Positions 10,987 to 24,245 of a stretch of 64,000 nt of DNA are shown here, in pieces. This stretch comes from Eukaryota sp. GEM-RC1 (lineage: Eukaryota). The translations under genes were made by a program, and so were the position numbers. The notes beneath the pieces were generated by a model, which was given only the letters and a program-made list of their open reading frames with translations, was not told the DNA's origin and did no database searches. The stretch lies in contig JAUFOQ010000003.1 in the NCBI GenBank assembly GCA_040285855.1, positions 558,001 through 622,000 on the forward strand, given 5' to 3'. Each line of letters starts with the position of its first letter. Position 1 is the stretch's first letter.

Positions 10987-11804
10987 CTAACTCTCCATGG
11001 CTTCTTCTTCCTGCGGTATCTCAACCTCCTTCTGTTCCTCCTCAACTACTTGTTCTTCTTCATCTCCAGTGATTATCCTAGCTTGTTGATAGAACCAATT
11101 CTTCATTTGTTCTACCGTAGCTCCAAACTTGGTCCATTCTTCCAGTATTGAATCTGCGGGGACATGTTCAGGATGTTCTGAGCGCCAGAGAGATAAGTGC
11201 TGTGGTGAATAAAACTAAAGATACATACTTTGATAACATCCGGTGGTAGAAAAGCCTTTTCTAAACCAGGAAGCTCGCTCTTGATAAAGGAAATGTTAAT
11301 GACATCACCCCAATCAATGTTTTCGTGACGCTCGGCAATTAAGGAGAGATTGCAATCAAGAGAGTATGCACGGTCAAAGGGAAAGGTCTCAACTGAGGAC
11401 TTTGAGTGAATTACAACATGAGTAATGAAGGAGAACCGGGGAGTAAGGTCCAATGCTGGAAAGGGGTTCGTGACCTCATTAGAAGCAAGGATTTCTTGCT
11501 CTGGATGTTGAGAGGGACCAGTGTGAGACATGAGGTTGTGAGGCTCGTGGTGAGCTTCATGATGAGGGGCTGCCATTGGTAAGTCTGGTTGGTTGATGGG
11601 TTTAGTTTTGTGTGGGTCTGGAAGAGTGGGGTCGTGTTGACGGTATTCGTGAGAGAGTTCAGGGGCAGAAGCAAATAGCTGATGATGCATGGGTGCTTCA
11701 GATGAACTGTCATGTTCTGGAGCAGGATTGCTCGAGAGAATGGAAGGTTCTCCCTTGACACCCTTGGAATGGTTGTACTTGGAAAAGGCAGTTTTCCTTG
11801 ACAT
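10987..11804 (-). CDS. Protein with a divergent TALE-like homeodomain (one intron)
   Basis: After removing intron 11200-11228 it reads ..KAFLPPDVIKHLSLWRSEHPEHVPADSILEEWTKFGATVEQMKNWFYQQAR.., then an acidic tail and TAG at 10987-10989. Confidence 0.65.
11200..11228 (-). other. 29-nt spliceosomal intron
   Basis: GTATGT...TTCACCACAG. Removal restores a continuous frame containing the WF helix-3 motif. Confidence 0.8.
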
Positions 11805-12153
11805 TTGTGGTGTTGAGAGAATTTTGGGAAAAATTCTTGTGATGCAAATTTTGAACATTGAGTTCGAATATTCATATGTATCATTCTTACTAGTATACAC
11901 TTTTTGATGTTTATTTTTATTTATTGTTGAACAAGAAAAATTGTTGAAAAATATGGGTCAAAAAACTGGTATTGGTACTTGCTGCAATTCTCTAGAAGAA
12001 GATTCGTTTTCATGGACCACATTCATTTCCTTCTATCTGTTGAATTATATCAGCTCAATGTACAGGTGTCAATGAAGAACCGCTCACAGACAATCCAAAA
12101 GAATTTACAATAAGACAATTTTTGCCGGCTTTTTACAAACACCTCAATACACA

Positions 12154-15100
12154 ATGTCAGATTCTGAAACACAACCAGATCATATGGTCAATTCGGAGGT
12201 GGATGAGGATCCTTCATCAAACTCCTCTTCTTCAGACGATGTTTCCTCTGACTCGGATGTTGAGTTTGCTCCATCTCAAACTCAAGAACCACCGAAGCCT
12301 AAAACGAAACGTAGACAGTCTGCTCCCCCACAGTCTGCTCTCCCCCAATCACAATCCTCGGAGGGTCTCTCTGACCTTTGCACTTCCTTCATTAAAACCG
12401 TGCTATCCCGAAAATCCCCCCATTCTTATGTATCAGAGCTAGTCCAGCTTGCCTTATCCAACCCCTGACTCTGCAAAAGTCGAAGTCCTATCCCTTATTC
12501 TTCAATCTTGTGGCTTCCCTTCCTCCATATCCCTCTCAACCCCAACACTCTCTTCTCTTGTGTCTAAATCTGAGGAAGACATGCTGGCTTTCTACGACTC
12601 TGTTCTCTCCGACAAGAAGTATTCCAAACACTTCACCTCTCTTGAACAATCACAGCTCAATAAGCAACGTGTCAAGGTCAAAAGTCGTTTGTCTGACTTC
12701 TTCCAAAAGTTCTTCAGTTCTTGCCCAGTCCATCTTCACTTATCCGCCTTCTTCCCATCTCTCTACGAACTCTTCATCCCCCTTTCCACCACTAACTTCA
12801 ACGTCGTCCGTCACCAAGCCACTGTCATTGGGTTGATCTTTCTCTCTTCCACGGCTAAACTACAGTCATCGTTGTCAAGTAAAAAGAAACCTGACAACTC
12901 CGAGCTAGATCTATTGAACAAACTCTCTGACTCTTATGATACCTTATTCACTGCTGTATTTGTCAATAGATTCAAGGATTGGTCACCTCATGTTAGATGT
13001 AGTGCTTTAGAGTTCTTTACTGATACTATTCTAAATCATCCGACGCAGTTATTTAGACCCGAAAACCAAAAGTATTTAGTCTGGATGTTGAATGATCAGC
13101 TGTCAGACGAAGTTCGAAAAACTGCCCTTGGTTGTTTAACTCGCCTTTATCTATCTAAACAAGCTTCGTTATTGACTTTGCTTTCAGAGAAATTTGAAGG
13201 TCGTTATGTTGAGATGGCTTTAGCTGACGTGTCTGGTAACGTGAGATTAGCTGCAATGGAGTTGATTAGAGCAATTATATCAGTAGTTCCTGATCAAATA
13301 TCACCTGAAAAAGTTGAGGAGGTTTGTCAATGGATTTCTTTTGAAGATGACGTTACCATACGGTCAGTGATTGGAGATATTATTGCAGTTAAGTACTCAA
13401 TTACTTCAGAAGTGCAGAGTTCTTTTAGTTGGGAAGCTTTTGAGAGGGTTTTGAGAAACTATGCGGTTGTGATTGAAGTGGAAACTACATCCACGTTTAC
13501 TTCGCACTCAGAATTGATTGATTGCTCAAAACTGATTGATGGTCTGTGGGATTCATGTGACCTGATTAAGGATTTTGATGGCATAATTTCAGAATTAAAA
13601 AATTCCAAAAATTCCAATTCTGACGATGACCAGAACTATCTCGCATCTCTTCTCCTCTACTCCTCCAGAAGAATGCTTGGCTTTACTACAGACTTTGTTA
13701 TCCCCAAGGACGGACCAAAGTTTTACAACAGAGTATCACTACCTAAAGGTACTAGGAAGAGTTTTATCAAAGAAATGGAAGTAGAACAAGATAAGTTAGA
13801 AGGGTTGTTAGCTGATAATATGGTTGAGCTCTTTGAGTGTTTCCGTGGCAGTCAGAGTTTCATTTACATCGCGTGGACCTTCTTATTAGTCATGGATCTA
13901 GACTTTCCTAAAAAGTCGGATATCCTTGAACTCATGACTGATCTATTTTTAGAAACCCAAAACCTACAGCTCTCAGTCTCATTGGCTTCTATTTTGTCTC
14001 TCTATTCTGGCGAAGAGAAAGATCTGTTGTTGTCTAAGGTTTCTGATGAGTTCCAGGGTGTTCTAAAGGAGTTTTTGTCAATTGAAGAAGGTGAGTTGAT
14101 GATAATCATTAATAAGCTCACCTTCCTAAACCGTTTTCAACTGGTTAGAACTGATTTGAGTGTTCTATTTGAAATTGTTAAACACTGTATTATCAAGAAA
14201 ACCTGTCCCCAATTACTTGTTGATGTTTATCAGTTCATTGGAATTTACCTGTCCAATCAACTGAGTGAATCCGACACAACTTCCTATTTAAAAGAGTCAT
14301 TAGTCTCGGTATTTCATTACCTTGAACAGTTGTTTGTTACTTTTTCTTCATTTTCATTTGATTCGAAGTTTCTAGATGCCTGTTTAAGGTTAATTATCCT
14401 AGCAAGATGCAGTTACAACTCAATGCCTCCTCTATTTGCCTCTTTTGATACATGCTCATCTATTTTTATGAATTGTGTGGATTTGTATGAGCAATTACTC
14501 TGGAATAATGTTGTTGACGTCACCAAAGCCAATGTTGTGACCCTCTTTTATTGGATCTATATTGATAATATCAAAAGTGATTCTGACAACCTCGATAGCG
14601 CTGTTCAATTTTTAAAATATTGGAATCACGTGAATATTTTGAAAAATGATTCTGAATTGATTGACGATTTGATTGAATCCAGAGCACTCACTTCAACACA
14701 CCAACAATTAAAGAAAATTTTAAAAACAGAATCAAGTCATTTCAAAGATTTCTATTCCACACTAGCTAAGTCTGGTTATTGGCCAAGTCAAAATCACTTT
14801 GATTTTGAACTTTTAAAGGTTCTATACAACTTCCACGTGGATCACTCTGAGCAGATCCCTTTACATTCTATAGCTGACACGGTCTCTACAATGTTTCGAA
14901 GTCGAGGTATCATGAAGAAAAAAGATGGTGATGCCATTTCAATGTTTACAATTCAACAGTTCTTAGAGTTCTTCTTGTCAGAGTTGAGCTCCACTCCTGA
15001 TCACGTTCCCACTCTACAGCGATTGAGTGGGTTCTGCACGCTGATTTCAGAAATATTTGTTCGTAGACTATTTAAATCATCTGCTTCATCTCTGTTGGAA

Positions 15101-15585
15101 CAATTCTTTGCTTCAGTCGACTCCTTCAAATCTTCTGTTCCCTTTGAAGTACCACCACTAGTCAGCAATCACGTTCTAGAAGAAGATCCGTGGTATTGCT
15201 TCATTAACCTGTCTAATAACATAGCATCCGTAAGTAGAGGTGAAGGACAGATATTAAAGAAGTTGCCTACTCAACCACCAAAGAAAACAAGCAAGAAAGC
15301 TCAAAAGGTGAAAGCTGTGGTAAAGGACACGGAGCCCCCAAGACTAGATCAAAGGCAAAGAAAGAAGCTAAACCTAAGAAAGTTGTTAACAATGATAGGA
15401 AAAGAAGAGCAACGTCGACTAAGCCTGCTAAAAAGAAGTCTATGATTGAGGTAGCTATTGATAATCATTTAGATAACTATGAAAGTCCTGATGAAGCAGC
15501 TCCCAAACCAATGGAAAATTCAGTTGTTTCTTCTTCAGAGTCTGAATCTGAGTCAGATTTTGAGGGATTTGCAGGGAAAGTGTAA
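12154..15585 (+). CDS. STAG: Cohesin subunit SA/STAG/Scc3
   Basis: VRHQATVIGL (cf. FRHTAT), VFVNRFKDWSPHVRCSAL (cf. VFVHRYRD..IR) and KYLVWMLND (cf. KYxGWxLxD). Frameshifts near C-runs at about 12464 and 15337; acidic C-tail ends at TAA 15583-15585. Confidence 0.88.
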
Positions 15586-16167
15586 GGTTTTCGATTGAAT
15601 GTTTCTTCCGCTGTCCTTTTTTGCTTTTAATGTTGGTTATTGTTGTATAGATTTTTTTAGTTTTGCCTGATGATTTTCAATGTAATATTACTCTATTTAT
15701 TTTAAAATTCAAAATAGTACATTGTACATCTTTTCACCTTTCAGTCGAATTGCTTTGTAATAAGGAATTGTAAGAATACAATCAGTTTTATAACTCTTTA
15801 TTGGAAGCGTTGTTGCCAAATCCTTCGATTATTGACAATCAAATATAATGGAATTGGTCCTCTGTAACTGATCACGTACATTTTACTTAATGTTTGCTAA
15901 ACATCCAAACAGTTAATTCACGCTTGTTCAATGTATTTAACACTTTTAAATTCAGTGCTCAAAAGAACTGTAAGAAGCCAGAATTCAGACTTTTGAGTTG
16001 TGATATTATTGCTTGACAATCAAAGTAAAGAGCTTAGCAATAGGTCCTAGACAGTAACTTAACAGAAATACTAGTACACTAAAAAATTGAAATCACTTAT
16101 TCACATCTCTGCTCCAAGGAAGATCAGGAAGAAGTTAAGAATTGGAAGTCTGAGTGTTACAATTTTC

Positions 16168-16673
16168 TAGTGTTGCACGAAACGTTTCGGCGTTTCCAAC
16201 GTTTCTGTTTCCGAGACGTTTCAGAAACGTTAATTACTCACAGGAAACGCATCAGAAACGTGAAATAACGTTTCCAAAACTTGATGATTCCCGTAAATTT
16301 GTTGAAAAGTATGTTCTGTTTAATGTACTGTAATACTCTTTATATGAGTGTTACCAATAAAATTGGATGCACAGTAGCAAACCACTAAAACGAAAACGCT
16401 TACAGGCAGAACTGTAGTTTGTGATCCAATTTTCTTTCTCAATTTCATAACATTGAGAATTACAATCCATAACAACATGTATAACACCTCCACGTACAAC
16501 AAAGAACTGATAAAAATCAATTATACCAGTTAAACGGAATTTTTTCGAAGAGAGAATGTTGGTGGAGAAAAATTGAGATGTAGAACCATAAAATGACGTT
16601 TCGGAAACGGAAACGCGATTCCGAAACGTAAACGCGTTTCCACAAGAATTTTCACACGTTTCGTGCAACACTA
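16168..16673. mobile_element. Non-autonomous hAT MITE (506 bp)
   Basis: 18-bp TIR TAGTGTTGCACGAAACGT, perfect 8-bp TSD CAATTTTC, GAAACG subterminal repeats. Confidence 0.92.
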
Positions 16674-16950
16674 CAATTTTCTGATCCATTCTTCGAAATA
16701 CATTTTCTGAATTCAAGATACATTGTACAACAGATTCGCACCAAATTCTGCTTACGTTTGAACAATCACAATTAAAAATACACCAATCGAAATCAAGCTT
16801 GTATAACATAAGGATTAAACACATAACAACGCAAAAAACAAGAGAATTGAAAATAAAACAACTACACAGATTGGAAACGAAAAACACAAGATACAACTCA
16901 TTGAGAGGCTATAATAAAGGGATCTATGTGACCACAGAATTCCATTGTGT

Positions 16951-17302
16951 TCAGTCAGATTCCGAGTCTGACTCTGATTCAGACTTTTCTTCAGATTCAG
17001 ACTCTGAAGAGGTTTCATCTGATTTGCCCATAACTTCCTCGATGCGAGAAGAGAGATCGGGAAGAACCTTTAATAGTTCACGGTATTGCTCCTGTGTCAG
17101 GGAAATTCCCTTACTCGAAGGAAGAGTTTCTTCCCCCCTTGGTGTAGAATTCTCGAATATCTATTAGAAGTTTGCCTCTGAAAGTTCGTAGTTTAACCAT
17201 TCGTCTGGCAGCGATCGACCAAGAGCCATGTTCTACATCAGTAGATTTAGTAGTGGTTTTAGCTTTCTTGGTTGGAGCTGAGGAAGAAGATCGTCTTCGC
17301 AT
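16951..17302 (-). CDS. SUB1: Transcriptional coactivator PC4/Sub1
   Basis: VKLRTFRGKLLIDIREFY..LPSSKGISLTQEQY. One frameshift in the G-run at about 17135; Ser/Glu-rich tail. Confidence 0.9.
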
Positions 17303-17716
17303 ATTTAGGAATGTAAAAGAGTCGCCGTTTCTTACAAAATGAGTTGTTTGCTTACGTTCTGTTTCAAAACAACAAAAAACAGTTGTGACACTTTTCTCGT
17401 GTTTTTTATGTCTCTAATATACCTAATGATTATTCTAAAGACCTATCTCTTAAGACATGAAGTGATTTCATCTAATGACTTGTTAATGTCAGCTCCAATA
17501 AAGCACTTTAAAATTGTGACCATCTCAGGGGAAGTGAAGGAATGAGTTAAATGGAATATTATAAAGAGACATTTCAATGTAATAAAACAAGATGTTTTGA
17601 ACTGTTTTAACAACTTTTAAGAAATAATAATAATTAACAATATCTCACTAAGCATTTACAGTGCAACTTCAAATTCAAAAATATCTAATCATGAAATCAA
17701 CTAGGAAATTAAGTAA

Positions 17717-18669
17717 TTACAGAAGGTATTCCGGTGGTTTATACCCAAGATTGGGATAATCTTGTGTTGGAGCAGGATTATACTGGATAAACTTGGGCGT
17801 AAGGTCAGTTGTTGCAGAAAGCTCCATAATAGCACCACGATTGCCACACCTTCCACAATCTAAAGTAAGAAGACAAGATAAAAGCCATACAGTTTGGAGC
17901 GGAAAAGACAGTGACCACTTTAGAATCATGATGCCAATTATATCCGTCCATAACAAGTTGATGAGCACGAACTAACAGTTTCAGGCCATTCTTGTGACAG
18001 AAACTATCTGATATATCTGGACCAAAAGTGTAACCAGCTCCTCTTGGTGACGCTCCCCATCCTATTCTATCATCAGGATCTGACCAAAGAATATCACACA
18101 TAGCACCCTCGGAAGGGGAGATCAGAGAATCTTGCAAGGTCACGGATTTGTTTGATGGTTTCAAGTGACGGACTTAAGCCACCGTGAAGGCAGAATATTG
18201 AGTTATCTATGAGAGCAGCAAGTGGTAGGTGGTCAAAAGGTCAGTAAAGTGCTTCCAAACGTTGGAAGAGTTGTATTTACGGCAGCATTCATCATAAAAG
18301 CCATAGACTTGAGTTATTTGTCTGGATTCATGGTTTCCTCTCAACATAGAGACTCGTTGAGGATATCGAACCATGAGAGTTAACGAGAAGAGTGGCTACT
18401 TCTATAGAGTAGTAACCACGGTCGACGTAATCGCCAAGATAGAGAAAGTTTGTGTCTGGTGATTCTCCAGTAATTGAGAACATTTCAATGAGATCATAGT
18501 ATTGTCCATGTATGTCTCCAACAACAGTTATTGGTGATGGTAGTGATAGAACATTTGGAAGTGAAGACAAAAGCTCTTTTGCTCTTTCGCAGAGAAGTAT
18601 TAATTGAGATTCCGAGGGCAGCTCAGAGTTCCGCACCTGATGGACTATTTTATCAACATCGAGAGTCAT
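17717..18669 (-). CDS. Ser/Thr phosphatase catalytic subunit, PP2A/PP4/PP6 subfamily
   Basis: GDIHGQ, GDYVDRG, RGNHE, HGGLSP, DILWSDP, RAHQ, SAPNYCGRCGN (after the intron) and a C-terminal PPEYLL (cf. TPDYFL). Several single-base frameshifts. Confidence 0.93.
17860..17890 (-). other. 31-nt spliceosomal intron in the PP2A-family gene
   Basis: GTATGG...CTTACTTTAG. Removal restores the SAPNYC motif. Confidence 0.9.
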
Positions 18670-18733
18670 GAAGCAAGGAATGAAGATTTATGTGATTGAA
18701 TTTGTTTAATCGAGATTCCATCATGGAACGTAC

Positions 18734-20909
18734 CAGGGCTCTTCAATAAATAATTGCAATATATTGTGAAAATTTTTGTTGCTGCAATACTGTATTGCAA
18801 TAACTGGTTTAGTTGCAATACTGTATTGCAATAATTGGTACATTTGCAATACTGTACTGCAATATTTTTTAACAAATTTGCTGCTTAAGTGCTACATTTA
18901 TGTTTCAATAAATTCGACATGCATACCATTATATCAATCTATTGATTACAAATCTAGTTTTCGATCAACAATCATTTTGGCTACCAATTGCATATCCCAA
19001 TGATGTCTATTGATGGACAAAAACACTTGAGTTTCGAGACGTTCTTGACTCAAAGAATGACGATTCAATCCTTGAATAAATCGGACACGACTAAAAAGTC
19101 TTTCAACGACGTTAGATGTAGGAGGAATCCAGGAAAGATCTTGATAAGTTGAACCTTCTTCGATTGTTTTCTGACTGAAAACGTCTTTTATGGAGGCAAG
19201 GCGTCTCTCGCCTGCTCTTGGCTCAGCATTTGGGTGTTCAATGAAACACTGGACCCATTTCTTTTCATCTTCTGTTAAACATTCGCCTCTACGAAGCAGT
19301 TTGAGAACTGCCGTTTCAAAGTGAACCTGGTTTTCAGGATATCTGGCACGTAAAGAGGCAGGATATGTCAGGTGTTCCTTGAGCTCTGGATGTTCGTTTT
19401 CTTGACAGTATACATCAATAGTGGAAGCAAACAATCTTTGTACACTTAGCATATCAATATCCTCTCGTTGGAGTTGTAAACTCACAAATGCAAGATTTTC
19501 AAGATCATTCAATGCTTGTAGAAGAACTGGTTCCTCAAAAGAGGATGGCAAATATTGCAACAATTCTTGATCTGCAGCTTCAACAATCATCTTGACAATG
19601 GAATCCTTCAGTTCTATATAGCGTCTAACCATTGCTTCAGTCGAGTGCCATCTAGTGACATTCCGCTTTTTGGGCTTTAATTTCGTGAAACCGTTTAGAA
19701 CAGTTGCCCTTTTGGTTCAGAAAGCAGTTTCATAATAGTGTTGATTTTTCTGAAGACAGTGTCTAAATGAGAAGTGAACTGCCGTACTCCTAACTGAAAC
19801 CGATGAGAAGCGCAGCCTACAAATCCACACGAAATTCTGGTGGCTACGGCTTTCATTGTCGGACAATTGTCTGCTACGATACAAGCAACCATTGCCAAGG
19901 ATTTGTTGAACATTGCAAGAGAATGTTCAATCAAGTTTATCACTGCATCTGTGCCAAACATTCTATCGAAGACAGTGGAGCCAGCTTCAGCCTCAAAGGG
20001 CAACAGTGATAGAAAGACAGGGGATGAGAGAGAACGATTCATGGCAAAGATTCCGAGATAATGAAGATTTGTGGACGGACTTTTCCAAGCATCGATAATG
20101 AGCGCAAAGCATGACCCAAGTAGAGATTCCAACTGATGATACATATGTTCCTTAAGGCAGTCAAAGAGGTCGACAAACGTGTTGAAACAGATAGGTTGGA
20201 GATTGGTGTAGCAACGAGTAACTTCAGATTCAACAACTGAAAAGGGTAGGCCTTCACTAACCCAGTCCAACCAAGAATAGTAACGCTTCGTTTTGCATGG
20301 AATAAAGATCCTTGAGATATCTTGATTTGAGTCCGCTTCTCTAAGCAATTGCCATGTTTCCGTTCTCCAATCAACATGTTCTGATACAACATGGGATGAG
20401 AGATTCGACCAGCCACTGTTCGGCTTTCTAGTACGAAAAACACCACATCTACATTTCCATACTTCAACATCATCTCGATCTCTTACTGGTGATTTGCTGA
20501 GAAAGTTTTGAACCTCAGCTGTTTCAGTATCGAGTTCGATAAAATATGCCCTCGATCGTTGTGCCGGAGTTGGTTCAGAATTTTTTTCTTTTACTCGCAG
20601 GGTCATACAAAGAGAAATTTAGCTGACAAAATTCGTCTCTTCAAGATAATCATCTTACTGTTGTTTTATAAACTGATATTCACAACACCAGCTAATTTTT
20701 TAATATATGCTTTAAGTACACCACACTACTAAAATGACAATAAAACGGTTTCGGCAATTGGCTGAGTATTGCTTACAATAACTGCAATAACGAAACAACA
20801 TGCAATATCGTACTGCAATATTCGAACCAGTTGCAATACTGTATTGCAATACTGCAATACAGTGTTATTGCAATAATTGCAAAATGCAATTATTTTTTGA
20901 AGAGCCCTG
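18734..20909 (-). mobile_element. Full-length hAT DNA transposon (2176 bp)
   Basis: 25-bp TIR CAGGGCTCTTCAA(T/A)AAATAATTGCA, perfect 8-bp TSD GAACGTAC, GCAATAC subterminal arrays and an internal transposase. Confidence 0.95.
18946..20606 (-). CDS. hAT transposase
   Basis: BED-like CRC..NLSSHVVSEH, IIDAW, ADNC, CASH, TRWHS and PPTSNVVERLFS. The two ORFs join by one missing G in a G-run at about 19708. Confidence 0.92.
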
Positions 20910-21512
20910 GAACGTACCATGTCCATTGTAGGCGTACCGTACCGTACCGTACATACGTACGTACGGTACATGTACTAGTGCTGTACTTTTGACCGATTAA
21001 AATATATTATTACTGATTTGAACTTGATAATCCAATGTGAGATTCGAACAGTTACCTTCGTCATACATTCTACCGTTAAACATAGCTCATGATATCAATA
21101 TCGTGATTGTCACATTTATTCATATTTAGGGTACGTCATTTGCTAACCACAACTGTCCCAAATGACAATGATATACACAAAGCTTAGGAATATCATGAAA
21201 TCAACAACAGTGACATTTTCGACTCAAAATGCATTTAACGAGTGACTGATACGAGATTTAACAATGATTAAGGACCCAAAACCCAAAGAGTCTAATTCTA
21301 AACGATAAGAAAATGCAGAAGCAAATTGAAATAGTACAGTGATTGACGAGGCAATGAATATTCCCTAAGAAACAATTGTATTTGTGAATTCATTTAGATC
21401 GTTCGTAAACACGACTTTTTATAAAACCAAATGACATCGGTACGGATAAAATAAATCGGTACGTACCGTTCCGCACCGTACGTACGGTACGTACAGTACG
21501 TACCAAAGATTT
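20910..21512. repeat. GTAC/CGTAC-rich terminal arrays of a probable older MITE that hosts the hAT
   Basis: Dense CGTAC/GTACG repeats at 20932-20975 and 21458-21505. The left end (CATCATGGAACGTAC, about 18719) is split by the hAT insertion; TIRs match only loosely. Confidence 0.5.
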
Positions 21513-21864
21513 ACGCACATTGGATTCCATTTCCAATTCATACATTTCATTTTTAACATAGTGAGCGGACTGAACATAATGCAGTGGTATGTATTTCGTT
21601 TTTATTTTGTTCATTGTTGTCTTTGGTATGCATAGATAATTCTCATGTTAAAACCTAAGTTACGAAATGTGACAGAATTTTAAGTCTAGTATGAAAATCC
21701 AGGCTTTCAAAGCTGTTTATTAGTTTTTGTTGCACTTTTACAGACATATATGAAGAATAATCTAACATCTTGAAGGAATTACGGGGTAACATTGAGCCCA
21801 AATTCGGATCTTTTTTAAAAAGAGTTAGTAGAGAGTCAGTGTACCATTATCTCTATTTTATGAG

Positions 21865-24010
21865 TTGATGAGTTGTATTTTAAAACCCCCTTCAGGAAAA
21901 GCTCCTGGACCTTCAGGTATTACTTTTGATATGCTCAAATCTGTATCACGTCAAAATTCACTTATTGTTGAAGATTTATGTCTCTTTTTCAACAATGTTT
22001 TGTTATCGAAGGTTGTTCCTCCTAAAGAGTTGTCTGCTTCTCGTTTGGTTGCACTGCTTAAGCCTAACAAGAAAATCCGTCCTACTGCTGTCGGTGAAGC
22101 AATTTGCCGTCTGTTTGCTTCTGTTGTCTTTGGAAAAATTTCCAACAAAGCCAAGGATTTCTTTTCACCTTATCAGTATGATATTAAAACCATTGATGGA
22201 GCTTCTGTGGCTGCCCTTTCTTCTGATGTTTTCTTTAATGCGGTTGAAAATAATTGCATTTTCAATTTGGATTTTAAGAATGCTTTTCATTCTGTTAAAC
22301 GATCTGCCACTTGTTCTGAATTGTAAAAGAGCTTTCCAGAATTAGGTACCTTTTTTCATTGTTTTTATGGTCACTCTTCTGACTTAGTTTTTAATTCATT
22401 TGTTCTTAATTCTGTCTCTGGTGTTAAACAAGGAGATCCTCTTGGCCCCTTCTTTTTTTGTTTGGCTATTCATCCAATCCTGAAAAAACTCAAAGAAGAA
22501 CATGCAGACTTAGAAATTGTAGCTTATATGGATGACATTTCTTTTATTGCTCCTATGTCAACTCTTAGTATTAATGCGAATCAGGCTGCTGATTTGTATG
22601 ATGCAATTGGACTTCAATTAAATGTGCAAAAATGTTTTTTGATTGCCAAAGTACCTGCAACTTTAATTGTTAATTCTTTAGAGGTTCCCTTTGTGAACTA
22701 CTTATCTTCAAGCTTTAGATTTCTAGGTTGCTATCTTGGTTCACATGACAACATAGTTAAAGATCTGAATGTTTATTTGGACTCAATGCGAAAAGAATTA
22801 GATCAAATTAAGGAATTGCAATTGGAAAAACATCTCAAATTCTTCATGCTAAAAATTTGTTATTCAGGAAAAGTTACTCATCTGCTTCGCTCTCTACCCC
22901 CTGTACTTACCTATAACTTCTGTAGAAGCTTTAACAAAATTCGTACTGACTTTCTTGCATTTTTGTTATCAGTGGATCCTGCTGCTTTGAACAATCACAT
23001 CTTCTCAGATCCTCATCTTGGTGGTATTGGATTCACTTCATCTAAATGGTGGACCAAATCTGCTTTCATTGGTGGTGGTAAGAATTTTGTCTTTGAGTTC
23101 TGCAGACGTTATCCAAGTCAAGAAAATCTTCTTGTTTCGACAAATAGTTTTTTCTTGGTAAATTTGAGATCAGAATTGTCGCTAATTTCATCTGACCTCT
23201 GGCAAACTTGTTTTCCAGCAGATATTTGTGAAATACCAGAACGATGTGTCACCTCGTTAAAATATGCTCTTAAGAAACTCCAAAAACACCTATTAAAATA
23301 TTTTGAATGTCTGGATGTTAAAATTCGACTTGGCTCGGCCAAAGAAAACAATCCAGCGTTCGCAAATTTTTTAATTGATTTGAAGGACAGTTCTTCAGTT
23401 GCTTTGATTAACCAAATTCCTCAGATTTATGGTTTGTTGTTGAATGATCATCAATGGACTACAACATTCAGACTTCGATGTTTCTTGTGGCCCTCTAATT
23501 TTCCCAATGATCTTCAATGTAAATGTGGTGAATTGGTTACTTTTTCTCACCTTTGAGTTGTAATCGTTTCATTACTTACAGAACTTGTATTCATGATGCT
23601 GTCAGAGATCAAATTCATGCCATGTGTAAGTCCTACAAAATCGAATCTTTTGTTGAGCCATTGTTGGGATCACTGGAAATCAATAATTTAAAAAAAAGTG
23701 ATTCTGATAAGACTTTTGGTAAAAGAAGAGCTGATGTTATAGTTCCATCAGTCAATGATGAACTAACAGTTGTTGATGTGATTACTGTGGATGTTTGCAA
23801 AAAAAGTGCATTCAAGGATGCTAAAAATGAATTTTCTCCACTGAATTCTTCAGAACAATACAAGAGAAACAAATATGATGAACCATTGACTGCTCTCAAA
23901 CTTATTAGACATGTTGAGTACAAATTATGTCCTTTTGCAATTTCAATTTATGGTTGACTTGGTAGAGATGCTCTTTGTTTTCTCTCTGATTTTGATAAAG
24001 TAGTAAAAAA
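21865..24010 (+). mobile_element. 5'-truncated, degenerate CRE-like non-LTR retrotransposon (RT + CCHC + RLE)
   Basis: KAPGPSGITFD, SRLVALLKPNKKIRP.AVGE, LDFKNAF, GVKQGDPLGP, AYMDD, FLGCYLG, LGGIG, CKCG..HL.SC, HDAVRD, RRAD, VDVIT, KRNKY. In-frame stops at 22324 and 23955. Confidence 0.92.
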
Positions 24011-24245
24011 ATGAATTTGACGGTATTCTATATGTGTATCTGTAATTATGATGCATTTTTAAAAAATATAATATGTCAATTGGTCAAAAAAGTCATTTAT
24101 GGTTTGCTTTGGTTTGGCAAGATATGGTATTAGAGAAATGGAAGCTGATACTCGATGTAGTATGGACAACGATTCTTTTCTTCAAAATAAGAAACGAAGT
24201 GTTTGGTCGTAGAAACTACAAATGGGTCAATTGAAGTTCGTCTCA

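Noticed and set aside
16351..16896. 181-aa minus-strand ORF and similar short track ORFs (e.g. 18666-19003, 20729-20971, 52953-53496)
   Set aside because: They run through MITE repeats or lie antisense to real genes, with low-complexity translations and no motifs.
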